In this document: piece after piece, positions 38,101 through 53,420 of the stretch | Layout of the letters: each line of letters begins with the position of its first letter | Numbering within the stretch: position 1 is the first letter of the stretch | Assembly (NCBI GenBank): GCA_052327205.1 | Contig: CM126216.1 | Coordinates: forward strand, 89,280,001 to 89,344,000 | DNA length: 64,000 bases | Direction: 5' to 3' | DNA from: Somniosus microcephalus | Lineage: Eukaryota | Program-made: the position numbers and the translations under genes | Notes under the pieces: generated by a model | Database searches by the model: none | The model's input: the letters and a program-made list of their open reading frames with translations, nothing else | Told to the model about the DNA's origin: nothing

Positions 38101-40128
38101 CTGGGCCACAGCTTAGAGACTACTGCAGAATAGACTCCTAGGATTAGACAATTAATAGCTGGATTGTGTAGTGTTAAAATGGAATAAAGCAGCTGCTGGA
38201 AAATATTACACAGTATACATGGCTCTATAAATCATGAACATTCTTGGTTTCTAACAATGATATCTATAAACAGTCATCAATAAAAAAACAAACATTCTAA
38301 CCAGAGTGCTGTTCAACAGGCTGCTCTTTGGAAGAAAATATTAATTAAAAAGAAAATGTGCAAAAAGCTTCACCAGTCCAAAGCTGCTGGGTGCCTGTAT
38401 TATCTCAGGAAGATCCGATTGCACCAGATGGTCCACTGTAACTTTTGAATTTGCTAAATCCCTCATTTTATTGTGTGATGTACAATACAATCAGTATCTT
38501 AAGTTTTCTTAAGGTGCTTTCACATGTGCTGCTGGCTTCCCACGGCACAGGTCTCATGCAACTGCCTAAACGCCAAATGCAAAACTGCCCAACTTATCAC
38601 CAGCAGCCTGGGAGATATGCTAAAAATGGGTATTCCAGGCAACTAGGCTAGCGAATCGCAAACAGTTTTACATTCCGCTTGCAGCCAGCCATGCGAGGCC
38701 CGTGCTTTGAGAATCCCCGGGCTTTAGTGCGGGTCTTGTGCAATATCAGAGCACAGTTACAGTAGCAATGTCATTCAGCAAAACGTGGTTTTAATTTTTA
38801 AATGATCTTTTGTCCCCACCTCAAGGCAATGATTCATGCTGGTGTATGGCTACATGGGCGGCAGCAGCCTTCCAGCACCTCACAAACACTGGCAGGATAT
38901 CTGACTTGGGGTTTGGGTGGGGTGCGGCGGGGGGGGGGAAGGAAGGAAAGAGAGGAAGAAAGAGGGAGCATCAATCAATCGTGCCCTCCATTCAATGTCC
39001 AAGCGGCTGCACATTCCAACAAGGGTCTCTGGATAGTGATTGTGAGAAGAAGCACTGCCTGATTTGGCTTGACCCCCACCCTTAATTTAAGAACACTGTG
39101 TTCTCTCTGCCCCGCCTCCCATTCTTGCTAAGATCAGCTAACCTGCTAGCATCACAGTTTGTACAGCTCACTATCACACTGCACAATGTGTGACTCACTG
39201 AGCAACTGGAAGGGCCTAAACTATTCTTTTTAACAAGATAGCAATCATTAAGTCGAGAGACAAAATGTTACCTAATATAGGTTAATAAAATATATCACCT
39301 CAGTATTCCTAATAAAATAATGCACTCTCAAAACCATTATTCCATACTGCTAAAATGACCAGAAAATAAAATATAGACACCAAAGATAAGGGAGTATTGC
39401 CATTATCATCAGCAACAATTATTGAGAAGTTTTGAGGAGGACACAGTATTTTCAGGAGAATGTTGCAGCTACAGTGTTGAATATGACCAGCATAGACTGA
39501 AAACATTTTATCGTGTTCCTATTGTAACAAGTTCATTTGAAACATTACTGAGTGCTATACTGGGGGAATAAACAACTTGGACATATTCTGGTACAATGGC
39601 ACAGCAAGCATGCAGTATTACGACTGTAAGCACATTAAAAATGGAGCTTGTCAGTACATGATTCAATGTTAGCTAGTTTGGAAACATAATAGGCAACAAA
39701 TCCTTTTGATGTCTGAACCAACAACAGAGGAAGTTTTCGATATGCTGTCATAATAAAATGACAGAGCAATGGCATAATCAAACTGTATTGTGGAGTCTTG
39801 TTTGAGTTTTTGATCTTCCAATAGTCTGCATAATACATTTTTTGTCATGACGAATCATTAAAATTCAGTCATTTAAAAACAGGAAAGCTTTTTTTGTCAT
39901 GATGAACTATTACAATTCGGTAACGTTCAACGCTTTTAAAAAGGTCGCATTGTTCTTCTGCAGTTGCATCTTCTTAAGTTAATAAACTCCATTAAAGAAG
40001 TAGGAGAAGACTCTTTGAATTCCAGATCAACGGTTCCAAATCATACAACTGCCGGTCCTTACTGAAACAAGGTCTTGCAGCATAGGGATGGTGCACTTGA
40101 AGGGACCACAATTTTGAACACCAGTACT

Positions 40129-40311
<183 letters not shown>

Positions 40312-41023
40312 CTAATAAAACACTGTCAGAACAACATCTGCACAACCAGAGGTCATCACAAAGCCGATATGGTAACCAATAAAATTGCAAGCATTCCTTA
40401 AGCTCTTTACATTGATGCTTTTAAAAGTTAAACAAGACAGCATCTCAACGGTAATATTTTGAAGAGTCACTGAAAAGGCAAATATTCACAAATTTCCATT
40501 TGAATGAATGCACGAGTTTCTGCTAAATTATTTTACCGTGGTTATAAGAGTTATATTTTATTCTCCAGTAAGGCTTGTAGTAAAGAAAGGTGAAATTTAA
40601 CTGCAAATGGAGTTCATGTCTTCAAGGCGGTCTCAGGCACGCACAACAGAGTGGAAGGGACAGTACAAGCACGAGACTCTCCAGCAATTAGAACAGTGAA
40701 ATAAAACTGGGATCTCAGTCTCCAACATGGTTCTGCCCATTCTGATGTACTCACTGAATCTTTTTGACATACACCTGCCCATCTAAACTATGCAAGGCAT
40801 TGTGAAACTTAGGACACTATTGCTTACAAATGTGAATGGATTCAAACAATTCCTACATCATTAATTTAGGTAAACTTGGACAGAACTTTCTTTTCTGCAG
40901 AAAGCAGTGACTAACATTTTCCAAGTGGGCTGTAAATCTGGAACCAGTCATGCATGTTTTTCTTGGGCACTTCTGAAATGGCAGACACAAGCTGTTAAAT
41001 ACATGGGAGGAATGGAGCACTTA

Positions 41024-41146
<123 letters not shown>

Positions 41147-41796
41147 TTAATCCAGCTAGATGTTCAAGCACGCCTGCAGTGTAACGTGAGAGCACCATCC
41201 TTTCAGAACATTTTGCTCGAGTTCCATCTGGCTCACTAAGGCATATTTCAACTCACAAGAGGTCAATAAAATTACTAGAATGGTTTCACATTCACTGAAA
41301 GTGTGTGATGACAACCCATTAAAACCCATTTAATGATTGTTTTCACACTTCTAGGTGCCTTGTACAAGCACTGGTTGCCTGTACGATCATAAGGTGATGA
41401 AATGTTGCTTCCCCTACTTTGATATGGCCTTATTAACCTACGTCTGTTTTCTCATTAAGTTGACTGACAGATTCTATGAATATTTAGAGACTGTAAAGGC
41501 GACAAAGTTTATAGCACCCAAGTGGCTTTATACAAACCCTTCTAAGTTGCAATGCTCTTAATACGGACTTTACAAAGCAAGTCCCTTTTCAACAGTTGCT
41601 ACTTACAAAGCAACATTAAAAACTTAAAAAATAAGGTTTGAAAGTTTTTGATAAACAAGACATATCAATAATTTCTGCATCATTTATGTAATTAGAATTT
41701 AAATTTACACTCTCAATTTCTAAAGAGACTTAAAATTCCAAAGTGATCTAAATCTATTTTAGTTTTAGTACAATTTTAATTATTCACATTATACTA

Positions 41797-42039
<243 letters not shown>

Positions 42040-42621
42040 TTATCTTTAAATGTGTAATTTATTAAGAGTTAATATGGTGCTCATTATTCTTGTATACTTT
42101 AAACATAAAATTGTTAAAACTTAATATTTTAAATGTTCTTTGAGCTACAATTTTGATCACGTGCAGTGATCAAAAATTTGATCAAGCTTCTTGTAGCTAG
42201 GCATGTATTACTTGCCATGTGTGCGGAGCGATTCAGACCTGTCTGGATTTAAAATGACCCTAGTAACTATGTCCTCCCACCAAGCAACTTAAAATTAATG
42301 CAAGGAAAGGTGCTTAAGGGCAGAAGAAAAATGGAAAATAAAGATACTAAAAAAAAAGTGCTGAAAAAAAACTAATGAACAAAAAGAATGAAAAAAATCA
42401 TGGCTAATAAGTAACAAGGGGAGGGGGGGATGTTCGGGCAGGAGATGGAGAAGGTGGTAAAGGACAAAGCCATCCAGTTTTTGAATCAACTTCTGGTAGT
42501 GAAGAACTGCTGAGTGACATTTAGTCGAAGTATACATGCTTCACTGAGGCCAATAATGAGTAAGGAAGTAGATCCATGAGGAACAATTGCGTTTGGCATA
42601 GATTTTGTTTCTCTGCACGGA

Positions 42622-43356
42622 TTGACAATTTTAAAGGGGGTACAGGAACAGAGCGACCTGGGGTACATGTACACAAATCTTTGAAGGTGGCAGGACAAGT
42701 TGAGAAAGCATATGGGATCCTTGGCTTTATTAACAGAGGAATAGTGTACAAAAGCAAGAAAGTTATGCTAAACCTTAATAAAACACTGGTGAGGCCTCAG
42801 CTGGAGTATTGTGTTCAGTTCTGGGCACCACACTTTAGGAAGGATGTCAAGGCCTTGGAGAGGGTGTAGAGCTGATTTACTAGAATGGTACCAGGGATGA
42901 GGGAATTCAGTTATGTCGAGAGACTGGAGAAGCTGGGGTTATTCTCCTTAGAGCAGAGAAGGTTAAGAGGAGATTTGATAGAGGTGTTCAAAATCATGAA
43001 TGGTTTTGATAGAGTAAATAAAGAGAAACTGTTGTTTTCAGTGGCAGAAGGGTCGGTAACCAGAGGACTTGATTTAAGATGATTGGCAAAAGAAACAGAG
43101 GCGACACGAGGAAACCTTTTTAAAAAAAATAAACACAGCGAGTTGTTGTGATCCGGAATGCACTGCCTGAAAGGGCGGTGGAAGCAGATTCAATAGTAAC
43201 ATTCAAAAGGTAATTGGATAAATACTTGAAGGGAAAAAATGATAGGGCTTTGGGGAAAGAGCAGGGGAGTAGGATTAATTGGATAGCTCTACCAAAGAGT
43301 TGGCATTGGCACGATGGGCCGAATGGCCTCCTTCTGTGTTGTATCATTCTATGATT
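42622..43356 (+). mobile_element. 5'-truncated CR1 LINE (same subfamily as the 7740-10777 copy)
   Basis: RT C-terminal remnants LVRPQLEYCVQFWAPHFRKDV and LEQRRLRGDLIEVFK. Long near-identical stretches with 10060-10770. Tail attctatgatt. Confidence 0.92.
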
Positions 43357-43959
43357 GCAAGCCTCAATTCATGCTGAACACCAGAACCCTATGAAAGGAA
43401 ACAAGAACCAGTGTTGCTTTATGAAAATTGCGCCAAACTACTGTGTTCCCTATCTGCACATTCCTTATGAAAATTCAGTAATACGTCAGTGGATTGAAAC
43501 GGCACTCACTAAATGCCAGTATAAAGGTGACTGAAGGCCAACTGTTCAATTTCAGATTCTCTGCAACCAGGAGCTAATTAATAAAGTGAGGCCGAAGGAG
43601 ATACAAGCAAAAGTACACCTCCCACAGATTTGTCCTCTTTTAACTAAGAGGTATGTATTCGGGGGTGGGGGCTGCTTTGTAGGGAGAATGTTATGCTGAG
43701 CATGAATATTTACAATCTGCACTTGCATAACAACATTTTAAACTCGAATATCCAGTCGGCACATTGTTTGCCTGCGCATACTACGCCAATGCAAAGAGCG
43801 TTTAAACACATGCAAAAGGAGAATGTTTGCCACAGCCTCTTAAGCAAGCAGTACATTTAACCAAGTTATTTATGTGAGCGATGTGGATTAGAAACAGGTT
43901 TGCCTCTTGTGGGACAGGACTCAACAATTCCCACCAATTGTGATACAGTGTATTACATT

Positions 43960-44190
43960 CAACTTCAGACTCAATTACTCCAATGCTCTGTTTGGCCTTC
44001 CTTCATTCACCCTCCATAAACTTCAGCTCATCCAAAACTCTGCTGCCCATATTCTATCCTGCACAAAGTCCTGCTCAACCATCCTTGCTGGCCTACATTG
44101 GCTCCCAGTTCCCCAATGCCTCAAATTTGAATTCCCATCCTTGTTTAAATCCCACCATGCCCTCACCCTCACCCTCCTCCCTGAATCTTC
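43960..44190 (+). mobile_element. L2-clade LINE fragment
   Basis: Encodes RLNYSNALFGLP..LHKLQLIQNSAAHIL..LHWLPVPQCLKF, an L2 ORF2 C-terminal signature. Confidence 0.75.
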
Positions 44191-44588
44191 TATTCCTTTG
44201 AATGTGACCTCTGGCAGACCCACCATTGCCCTTCAATATGGTGGCTGAAGATCAATGAAGAAGATGAAGTAATAGTAATACTAACTCTCTCATCAATGTT
44301 CCTAGTTTCTTATCTAGATCCATGTTGTATCCTGGGTTCCGTGACTTTTGCTTTAATTAGAAGTCTCATTTACCTACATAACAATAATGATTACACTTCA
44401 AAAGTAATTCATTGGCTGTGAAACACTACAGGACGCCATGATGACATGAAAGGAACTATATCCTGTTTTTGTTCCTAGTGTAGAAGTTCTCCTGATTCAC
44501 ATCTCATAAAATGACCATGAGAATACATCTCTGTCATATTGTTCGAGTACTCAAAACATGTCCTATTCACCGCCTCCAATTTTCAGAC

Positions 44589-46960
44589 AGAACATAAGAA
44601 CGAAGGAACAAGAAATGGCCAATCAGCCTAATGAGCTACCTCCATCATCTTGGTCCTTTTTCCAGGATGTGTCTAGACTTTAAAAAATGTATTTAATTTC
44701 CCATCCTAAACTGTCTGCTCTTTGAGTAGAGCTAGCATTTATTGTTCTAGATCGAAGGCTATTCTATAACTTGATGACTCAGCATCAGGAGAGTATCCTT
44801 TTAAGCTAACGGTTTTCTATGTTTATAATTGCGTCTTGGATTACCTCTCGGTTTTATACAAATCACTTCGCTTCATTCATCATTTTAACTAACTGGAGTC
44901 ATATCCTCCTAAATCTTTTTTCTAATAGGAATACATTTAACAGTTTGGTGCTAAAAAAAAAAAATTTTCATCGCCCCTCTCTAAATCCTTTTAGCTGCAC
45001 CTATATTTTTTCTTAAACTTGTTGATCACAGTACTCCATACGGGGGTCATACTAATGCTTCATAAAGTGTCAGTAACACTTCCTTGGGTTTATATGTTGC
45101 AGATCTGCTAATAGATTCTAGTTGCAATTTTTGTAACCATTGCTATACATTATCATCATATTTCCAATGTTTGCTGAAAATTTACATCTAAATCTTTTTG
45201 CTGACTCAACTTAATGATAAACCCATCTATCTGTAATGTTTTCTATTTTAACACCTGTTATCCTAGTTACCTTACATTGTTCATTAAATTTCATTTGCAA
45301 TTCATTGCCCGATTGTTACGTGTTTCAGATCTTTCTGAATTTGTTTCCTGTGAATATCTTGAATTCCAACACAGCTCGATAACTGAAAAGTAAAAATGCA
45401 GTTTCTTCAGGTCTTTCGCAAGTCTAAGAAACAGACACCTCTGGGCAGGGAGTTAACTTTCAACTTCGGCGGGGCTGAAAAACTGCCGATATCAGATCGG
45501 CTGCTCGTTATAAACCCTGCCTGATTTTCCTTTCCATTGAAGTCTGTGGAAAAGAAAATCAGGCAGAGTGTGCTTTGGGCAGCTGATCGGATAGCACCAG
45601 TTTTCCGCACCTGCTGGTGTTGAAAGTTACCCTCCCACCTCTGATGAGTCTATCCTTGGTCGTTCTTCATCTATCGATATTCTTGGCCTTATTATCTCCT
45701 CTGGATAAAACTGTGTCCAACAAGCTCAGTTTCCTCGATCAGGCCAAATACTTGTACTCCCCTTAACAAACTTCAATATTATTAAGCCCAACTCCATCAG
45801 AAGCTTTTCTAGCATTTCTCTTGCAATCATGGACAGGATGGAAAAAAAGCAATATGCGATCCCTGACTTAACTCTAAGCTCTAATCTCTCTCTTCCCCGC
45901 CCCCCCCATTGCCACCTTTCTTCCTATTCATTAGTTTATCAATATTATTACTATGTTAGTGCTCCTTTAACTTTTTTTCTCTTGTTCCTTTTAGGCTTGA
46001 AATACACTGTTGTACATTTTCTTGCCCCTCCCTACGTTTAGAGTATTGAAACCAAGGCTGATTTCACAGTCTGCAATTTTAATTAATTCTTTCTCAGTAC
46101 TGCAAAGCTGAGACTCCTTACTTCTTCCAGTCCTTCTTTCAGTTGTATAATCCTCAGGCTTTTAAACATTTAAGTTTGGCATCACCAAATCAATTCTTCC
46201 TGATTTACCTCACCTCTTTTATTCATTTCAACATATGTGGTGTCCTGCACCATGGACTTTGACACCTTGATTCTCAGAAAAAAACTGCAAGATGTTCTAC
46301 TTTTAGTATAGTCATCAAGGCCATCTATCAAAATTACAAACAGCAGTCTCCAGTGCTGTTCCTTAGGTACTCCGGTCATAACTGTCCACTTCGAATAGGA
46401 CTGATAGAACAGTTCACCACCCTTTTTTCTTACCATTTAACTAATCTAGATTTCAATTTACAACATCTGCCTTTAATGACTTGTAAAAGAAAAATCAGAT
46501 ACAGTTCACTGTGAAGTTCATTCACTCAACTATTCCTGGATTAATTCCATCTCGCGCCATCATCTTATGAATATTCAAACACTGCAGTTTTTATTAAAAG
46601 GAACCATTTCATAGCAAATCATATTCCCATGTTCTCCATGGGCACACTTCCAATTAATGGGAAAAAAATTAATATTTTCTACAGTAGAAGACAATGTCAC
46701 AAGTCACTTTTTCCCCTTCCTTGAAGAGGACAAGTTGTTCTTAAATACTTCATCTATTCTGAACCCATCCAAATAACTCAATTCCTCCTAATAGCCCTCG
46801 CAAATTCTGTTACCAATTTTCCCTTATCGATGTCGCAGTTTTAAAATTTAGTTTAATCTGTTTACCCATTTTCTCATCCCCTAGTCTGCTTAACGCTTTT
46901 AAAGAATTTCTAATCTTCCCTTATACGATCTTCAATTTCCATATTTAACTTCTAGATGCT
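44589..46960 (-). mobile_element. Very old, fragmented CR1-like LINE, interrupted by a MITE
   Basis: Tail-like agaacataagaa at 44589. Degenerate RT motif WTVMTGVPKEQHWRLLFVILIDGLDD (ORF 46182-46436), resembling GVPQGSVLGPLLF.IFINDL. Boundaries approximate. Confidence 0.55.
45449..45634. repeat. About 186-bp palindromic MITE
   Basis: Termini taactttcaac / gttgaaagtta, inner IRs gaaaaactg / cagttttttc and ctgcctgattttc / gaaaatcaggcag, around the centre tttccattgaagtctgtggaaa. Confidence 0.75.
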
Positions 46961-46987
46961 ATATATTTAATTTGCACTTTCTATCTG

Positions 46988-47830
46988 AATACAACAACAA
47001 CGTGCACTTATATAGCACCTTTAACGTAGTAAAACATCCCAAGGTATTCACAGCAGCATTATCAAACAAAATTTAACACAGCCACACAAGGAGCTATTAG
47101 GACAGATGACTAAAAGCTTGGTCAAAGAGGAACGTTTTAAGGAGTGTCTTAAAAGGAGAGAGAGGCAGAGAACTTTAGGGAGGGAATTACAGAACTTAGG
47201 GCCTAGGCAACTGAAGGCATGGCTGCCAACTGAGTGATGAAAATCGGGGATACACAAGAAGCCAGAATTGGAGGAGCGCAGAGATCTCGGAGGTTTGTAG
47301 GAGGTTACAGAGATAGGGAGGGGCGAGGCCATGGAGGAATTTGAATACAAGGATGAGAATTTTAAAGTTGAGGCATTGCCAGACTGGGAGCCAATGTAAG
47401 TCAGCAAGCACAAGGCTGATGGGTGAACGGGACTTGGTCCGAGTTAGGATACGGGCAGCAGAGTTTTGGATAAGCTCAAGTTTACGGAGGGTGAAAGGTG
47501 GGAGGCCAGCAGAAAGAGCTTTGGGATAGTTGAATCTAGAGGTAACAAAGAGATGGATGAGGGTTTTAGCAGCAGGGCAAAGATGGGCGGAGGTGGAAGA
47601 AGGTGGTCTTGGTGATGGAGGGGATATGGGGTCGGTAGCTCAGCTCAGTGTCAAATAGGATGCCATGATTGTGAACGGTCTAGTTCAGCCTCAGACAGTG
47701 GCCAGGGAGAGGGCTGGAGTCGGTGGCTAGGGAATGGAGTTTGTGGCAGGGACCAAAGACAATGGCTTTGGTTTTCCCAGTATTTAATTGGAGGATATGT
47801 CTGCTCAACCACTACTATGCCAGCTAAGTA
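46988..47830 (-). mobile_element. L2-clade LINE 3' fragment
   Basis: Minus strand encodes LADLHWLPVWQCLNFKILILVFKFLHGLAPPYL (L2 C-terminal signature) and ends in ggtgctatataagtgcac(gtt)n. Confidence 0.85.
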
Positions 47831-47980
47831 CAATTATAAATAGTAGGCTTCTATCCAGTGCCCGTCCATCACACCTCTGTACAGCAAAAATTAGTGATTG
47901 GCTAAAAAGCAGTTTGATTCAGTTATTAAGTACCAATGAGGAATAAGTAAGCAACAGAAAACTGAGCAGTCAAAGCACTT

Positions 47981-48209
47981 TGACATAAATCTGGTCATTC
48001 ATGTGGAAATGACTTGTGAAATAATACTGGGCGGCCTGCTGATGGCGCTGTCCAGGGAGAGTATAAATACTCGGGGTTGGGCCCAGCTTGCTCAGGACAT
48101 TCTTTAACAGGAACTAGTGAAGGACACAACTAGACCTCCATGTTGTAAAACAGTTGATTAAAGCTTTGTTTAACGCTTAGACCAAGTGCCTAGTAGTTTT
48201 CTTACGTCA
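47981..48209 (+). mobile_element. Solo LTR (229 bp)
   Basis: TGAC...GTCA termini, 5-bp TSD CACTT (47976-47980, 48210-48214), TATAAA at 48062, ATTAAA at 48157. Confidence 0.8.
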
Positions 48210-48803
48210 CACTTTTCTTTCTGAAAGCTCCGAAACCCCAAACTCTTCCAGTGCTCCAAAATACACAAAACCCCAGTGTTTCCAAACTCTAGGATCCCTC
48301 ATCCACCTTGGTGTGCTACCAGACCATGCATGAGTACTCCTAAACCTCAGCACTTCCCAGTACTCCTAGACCAACCCAACACAAAATGTTTACTCTCCAG
48401 CATCGTTCACCCTTGCCCGTTGAGAGATCCTGGATAGCATCGCCCCTGCAATTACACTCAAGGACCAGCTCCATTGAGTGGTCCAAGCCGTGGACCATAG
48501 TTCTCTGATACCCCAAGAGTACTTCCAGATGGCAATCACTGCACCCCCCAAAAATTCTCCCAGGCCCCATTCTTCTGTGCCCACTGTCTCCTACACATCA
48601 ACCTGTGGCTCTATCACTCCCTGTATCTCCACTCCTTTCCAGCTCAAGTTCCCAGCTCCCATTTTATCTTACATGTGTTCCACCACTTTCCGGACAGCCT
48701 CTGTCTGCCTGATTCTAGTATCTATCTTCAATCTAGTAGATGGCGCCTACCATCCTATTGTGTATTCTGGGCTTTATAAAAGTTGAGTATACAGGCAAAG
48801 TAA

Positions 48804-49200
48804 CTTAGAACCATATGCTTACAGCACAGAAGGAGGGCATTTGGCTTGCTGATCCTGTGCTGACTCTTTGCTACAATGATCCAAAATTAAGTCAGCGGCT
48901 TTGCTCGCTCCCAAAATATTTATCCATTCGGTTTAAATGATGTAATGGTTTCTGCCTCAGCTACACCATGTGGCTAAGTATTCTACTCTCCAACAGCACG
49001 GTGTGTAAATTAAATTCTTCTAACCTCGCTCCTCAATTTCTTAGTGACTATTTTAAATTGATGACCCCTCATCACTGATTTTTCCCCACCAGAGGAAATA
49101 ATCTCTCCCTAGTCACACTATCAGAATCCTTCATAATGTAAAAAAATTAATTAAATCTCCTCTTAATCAGCTCTGTTCCAGTGGAAATAGTCCCAATATT
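48804..49200 (-). mobile_element. Old CR1 3' fragment
   Basis: Begins with the reverse of a CR1 tail (ttacagcacagaaggagggcatttggc...ctgtgctgactcttt) followed by degenerate RT C-terminal sequence. Confidence 0.55.
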
Positions 49201-49344
49201 TCAGGTCTCTACTTGTGCAAGTGTAACACAGATTGGGACAGAAACAGTAAAAAGGAGGCAATTGCAACAGAAAAACACACACAAAAAGAGAGAGAAAGAA
49301 TGAGAAAAAGATTCAGAGACAAAGAGAACACAATAAGAACCAGA

Positions 49345-51125
49345 GCCATACAGAGGAACAGGAGGAGGCCATTCAGCCCCTCCAGCCTGTTCCGCCATTC
49401 ACTGAGATCATGGCTGATCTGCGACCTAACTCCATATACCCACCTTTGGCCCATATCCCTTAATACTATTGGTTAACAAAAATCTATCGATCTCAAATTT
49501 AAAATGAACAATTATCTAGCATTAATTGCCATTTGCGGAAGACAGTTCCAAACTTCTACCACCCTTTGTGTGTAGAAGTGTTTCCTAATTTCACTCCTGA
49601 AAGGTCTGGCTCTAATTTTTAGACTGTGCCCCTAGCCCTAGACTCCCCAACTAAACAGGAATAGTTTCTTTCTATCTACCCTATCTGTTTCTTTAAATAG
49701 CTTTAAAACTTCGATCAAATCACCCCATAACCTTCTAAATTCTAGGGAATACAACCCTAATTTGTGTAATCTCTCCTCTTAATTTAACCCTTGGAGTCTG
49801 GGTATCATTCTGGTAAACCTACACTGCACTCCCACCAAAGCCAATATATCCTTCCTAATGTGTATTCACAGTACTCAAGGTGTGGTCTAACCAGAGCTTT
49901 GTATAGCTTCAGCATAACTTCTACCCCCTTGTATTCTAGCCCTCTAGGTATAAAGGCTAGCATTCCATTAGCCTTTTTGATTATTTTCTGTACCTATTCA
50001 TGACATTTTAATGATCTATGTGCCTGGACCCCCAAGTCTCTTTGGACCTGCACTGTTTTTAGCTTTTCACCATTTATAAAGGACACTGCTCTATCCTTTT
50101 TAGGTCCAAAGTGGATGACCTCACATTTGCCTACACTGAAATCCATTTGCCACAGTTTTACCGATTCACTTAATCTGTCGATATCCCTTTGTAATTTTAT
50201 GCTTTCATCTACACTGTCTACAATGCCGTCTATCTTTGTGTCATTGGCAAATTTGAATATGTGGCTTTCTATGTCATCATCTAAGATGTTAATAAATACT
50301 GTGAATAGTTGCGGCTCCAACACAGATCCCTGCGGGACACCATTAGTCACATCCTGCCAATTAGAGTACCTGCCCATTATCCCTACTCTCTGTCTCCTGC
50401 TGCTCAGCCAATTTCCTAACCAGGTCAATAATTTGCTTTCAATACTATGGGCTTCAACCTTAGTTAACAGTCTTTTATGCGGGACTATCAAATGCCTTCT
50501 GGAAGTCCATACAAATAACATCCATAGACATTCCTCTGTCCACTACTTCAGTCACCTCTTAAAAAAAAAAAAAATATCCATCAGGATTGTCAGGCATCAC
50601 CTACTTTCAGAAATCCATGCTGGCTCTCTCTGATCAGCCAAAAATTTTCAAGGTGTTCAGTCACCTTATCCTTAATTATAGACTCTAGTAATTTCCTGAC
50701 AACAGATGTTAGGCTAACTGGTCTATAATTCCCTGGTTTCCCCCTCTCGCCATTCTTAAACAGCACAGTGACATGTGCAATTTTCCAATCTAAAAGGGAC
50801 AGTTCCTGAATCGAGAGAACTTTGGAAGATTATAGTTAGGGCATCTGCAATGTGCTCACCTACTTCCTTTAAACCCTGGGATGGAAACCATCTGGTCCTG
50901 GGGATTCATCACTCTTTAGTGCCATTATTTTCTTCATGACTGCTAGTTTGCTTACGTTAATTTTATTAAGTCCCTGTCCCCCGATTCAATATTAGTTTCC
51001 TTGGGATTTCCGGCACTGGCGCAAAGTAATTATTCAACATGTTCGCCATTTCCTCATCATTGACAATATCACCAGTATCAGTTTTAAAGGGGCCAAAATT
51101 GTTCCTGATCACCCTCTTTTTCCTA
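49345..51125 (-). mobile_element. 5'-truncated decayed CR1 LINE
   Basis: Minus-strand RT remnant (GVPQGSVLEPQLF..FANDTK..KCEVIHFG) and CR1 3' UTR (reverse of ggccattcagcccctccagcctgttccgccattc). Flanked on both sides by GA-rich sequence. Confidence 0.9.
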
Positions 51126-52435
51126 ATAGGCAGAAAAATGATAAAGATAAACAGGAAGACAGAAAAAACTAGAGAGTAGGAAAGAATGAGACACACATTA
51201 GAAAAAGAGAGACCATTTTATTTTTCCCCAGGAGCAACAGCACAGGAGATCAACTGTATTATAACACACTGTGCATGAAATAGCATAACGTCTTTTTTCA
51301 TTATAAAGCAGCATGTTCTTTGACACCATGAGCAATGCCACAAGGGAGCCACTAAAATATAAGGTTTCGAAAAGCATCAGTCATACTTTAGATGTGATAT
51401 ATGCTAATTTCTGTGCAATACTTTTAAACAAAGTATTTTTTTTTTTTTTTATAAAAAGGAAGCTAATTATTTCCAACTTGGAGAAACTTCCCCAGCAACG
51501 AAAAATGCCTTATACTGGCCTATGGAAGTCCCCAAGAACTTCTAATTCACCTCAGCATGTTTAACAATTAGATACGCTGGCCTTAAATAGACTGGTCAGG
51601 TCATACACACCTGCCCACAAGTAGAATAATACATTTTGCATTATGAGGTAAAATGCTCCTCTCTCTAAAAATGGTATATTCTCCAAATTTTTACAGGAAA
51701 TCAAGGGTACTAATACTGTTCATTTTTGTTTCGCATTTTTCCTCAATTTGGTGTATTCCCTGATTTAGTCTCCCCTTTTGATCCTTATGGCTTTCGGTCT
51801 TCTTGAAATCTGGTATTAATTTTATTAACTCTGACATATAGTCACACCACCTATGCCACAATATCAAATTTAATGATATTTTGATCATGGTACCCAAATG
51901 CTCACCTACTGTTGAAATTTTCACCACCTCCGTCTCACTACTAAACATTAGGACACTTAATTCTTTGCTACTCTTGGTTATGACATGTTGTCAAGAAGTT
52001 GTCTTGCATTAGTTCATGAACTTCTCTCTTTGAAAGGCCCGTTTACCCATTTCACTGTACATCATGGCAACAAGAATTCTCTCATAACAGTCATCCTCCA
52101 TTTTCCTTGGTGCCCTTTAAATTTGTTCAAATATTTCTACATCTACTTCTCTTGTCCTGGAGATCTGTAGTCATTTCCAATTTGTACTTTCCTTTTCTTG
52201 GTATCTCAGATTTTCCAGAAAACTGACTTACCCCTTCCTTCATCCAAAATTAAATGTTGTTGTTTTGTTGAATTTCAGATCTTCCTTCACAAACCAGACA
52301 AACCCTACTTTTTTTTTATTTTTTTAAAAACAATTTTGGCAAAGTTCTGGTTCTTTGTGGAATGAAATGTAAAATGCATTTGAAACTTGATTTCTTCCAG
52401 TTAATCAATGATGGCAATATAGTAGGAACTAATTA

Positions 52436-52627
<192 letters not shown>

Positions 52628-53109
52628 CTACACACAACCAGAAATTCCAACCATTATTACTGGCTTCATCTAGGATAGAAAAATCTATTGATCCAGTTAT
52701 TAACCTCAATTATCCATTATAAATTATCGGCCAGTGACCTGAATTTACCAACTCCGCATGTGCAACATTTGTTAAATAAACATCGAAATCGGATTTTACA
52801 TTTTATTTCTGCCATTATTACATTGTCACTAGAATTAAAATAAATCACAATTATTGCATACCAATTTTTGCAATCCATTAGCTTTTTAAGCTTCCAATAT
52901 GCAAGCTATCCTCCTCAGGCAGGTGGGCAGTATGGACTAATTCAGTGCCATTTCTGGGGATAATGTCTACATTTTTCCTTCAAAAAAAAAACTAGCTGTA
53001 ACTTCTGTACTCACTTCCTTATCTACATTCATGTCTTGAAGATAGTGACTTGTGTTGGGGTATGGCTGAACAGGCCCAATGTCTGCCTTCTGGTACTTGA
53101 CCCAAATGC

Positions 53110-53420
53110 CTAGTCTTCATGTTTGAGTCTGAAGTCAAATGCCATCAGGCCATTCAACTGCAAAGGATAGAACAGCTGAGACTGTACTGTCTTCATCCAA
53201 AGTCCACACACAAGTACTTTTCAGCAGGAGACATTGGGTAACAATCAGCAGAGAATTGTCAAAAATCCTCCCCCCCACCCCCAGGTCACCGAAGCCAACT
53301 GCAGTGCTCCACCACCACCCACCTGAGAGGAAGTCAGCTAACTCAGCAGAGACCAGTATCAAACTTGGGATCTTCCTGGTCTACAGAACTCAGTAGCACA
53401 CTAGACACGGCACTGATGCA
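53110..53420 (-). mobile_element. Ancient tRNA-derived SINE, family unassigned; related copies at about 6160-6350 (+), 36840-37008 (-) and 39115-39215 (-)
   Basis: Shared block tcagctaactcagcagagaccag..tcaaac.tggga.cttcctggtct (reverse: B-box-like cccaagtttgat plus ctgctgagttagctga) recurs in the four places. Confidence 0.55.
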
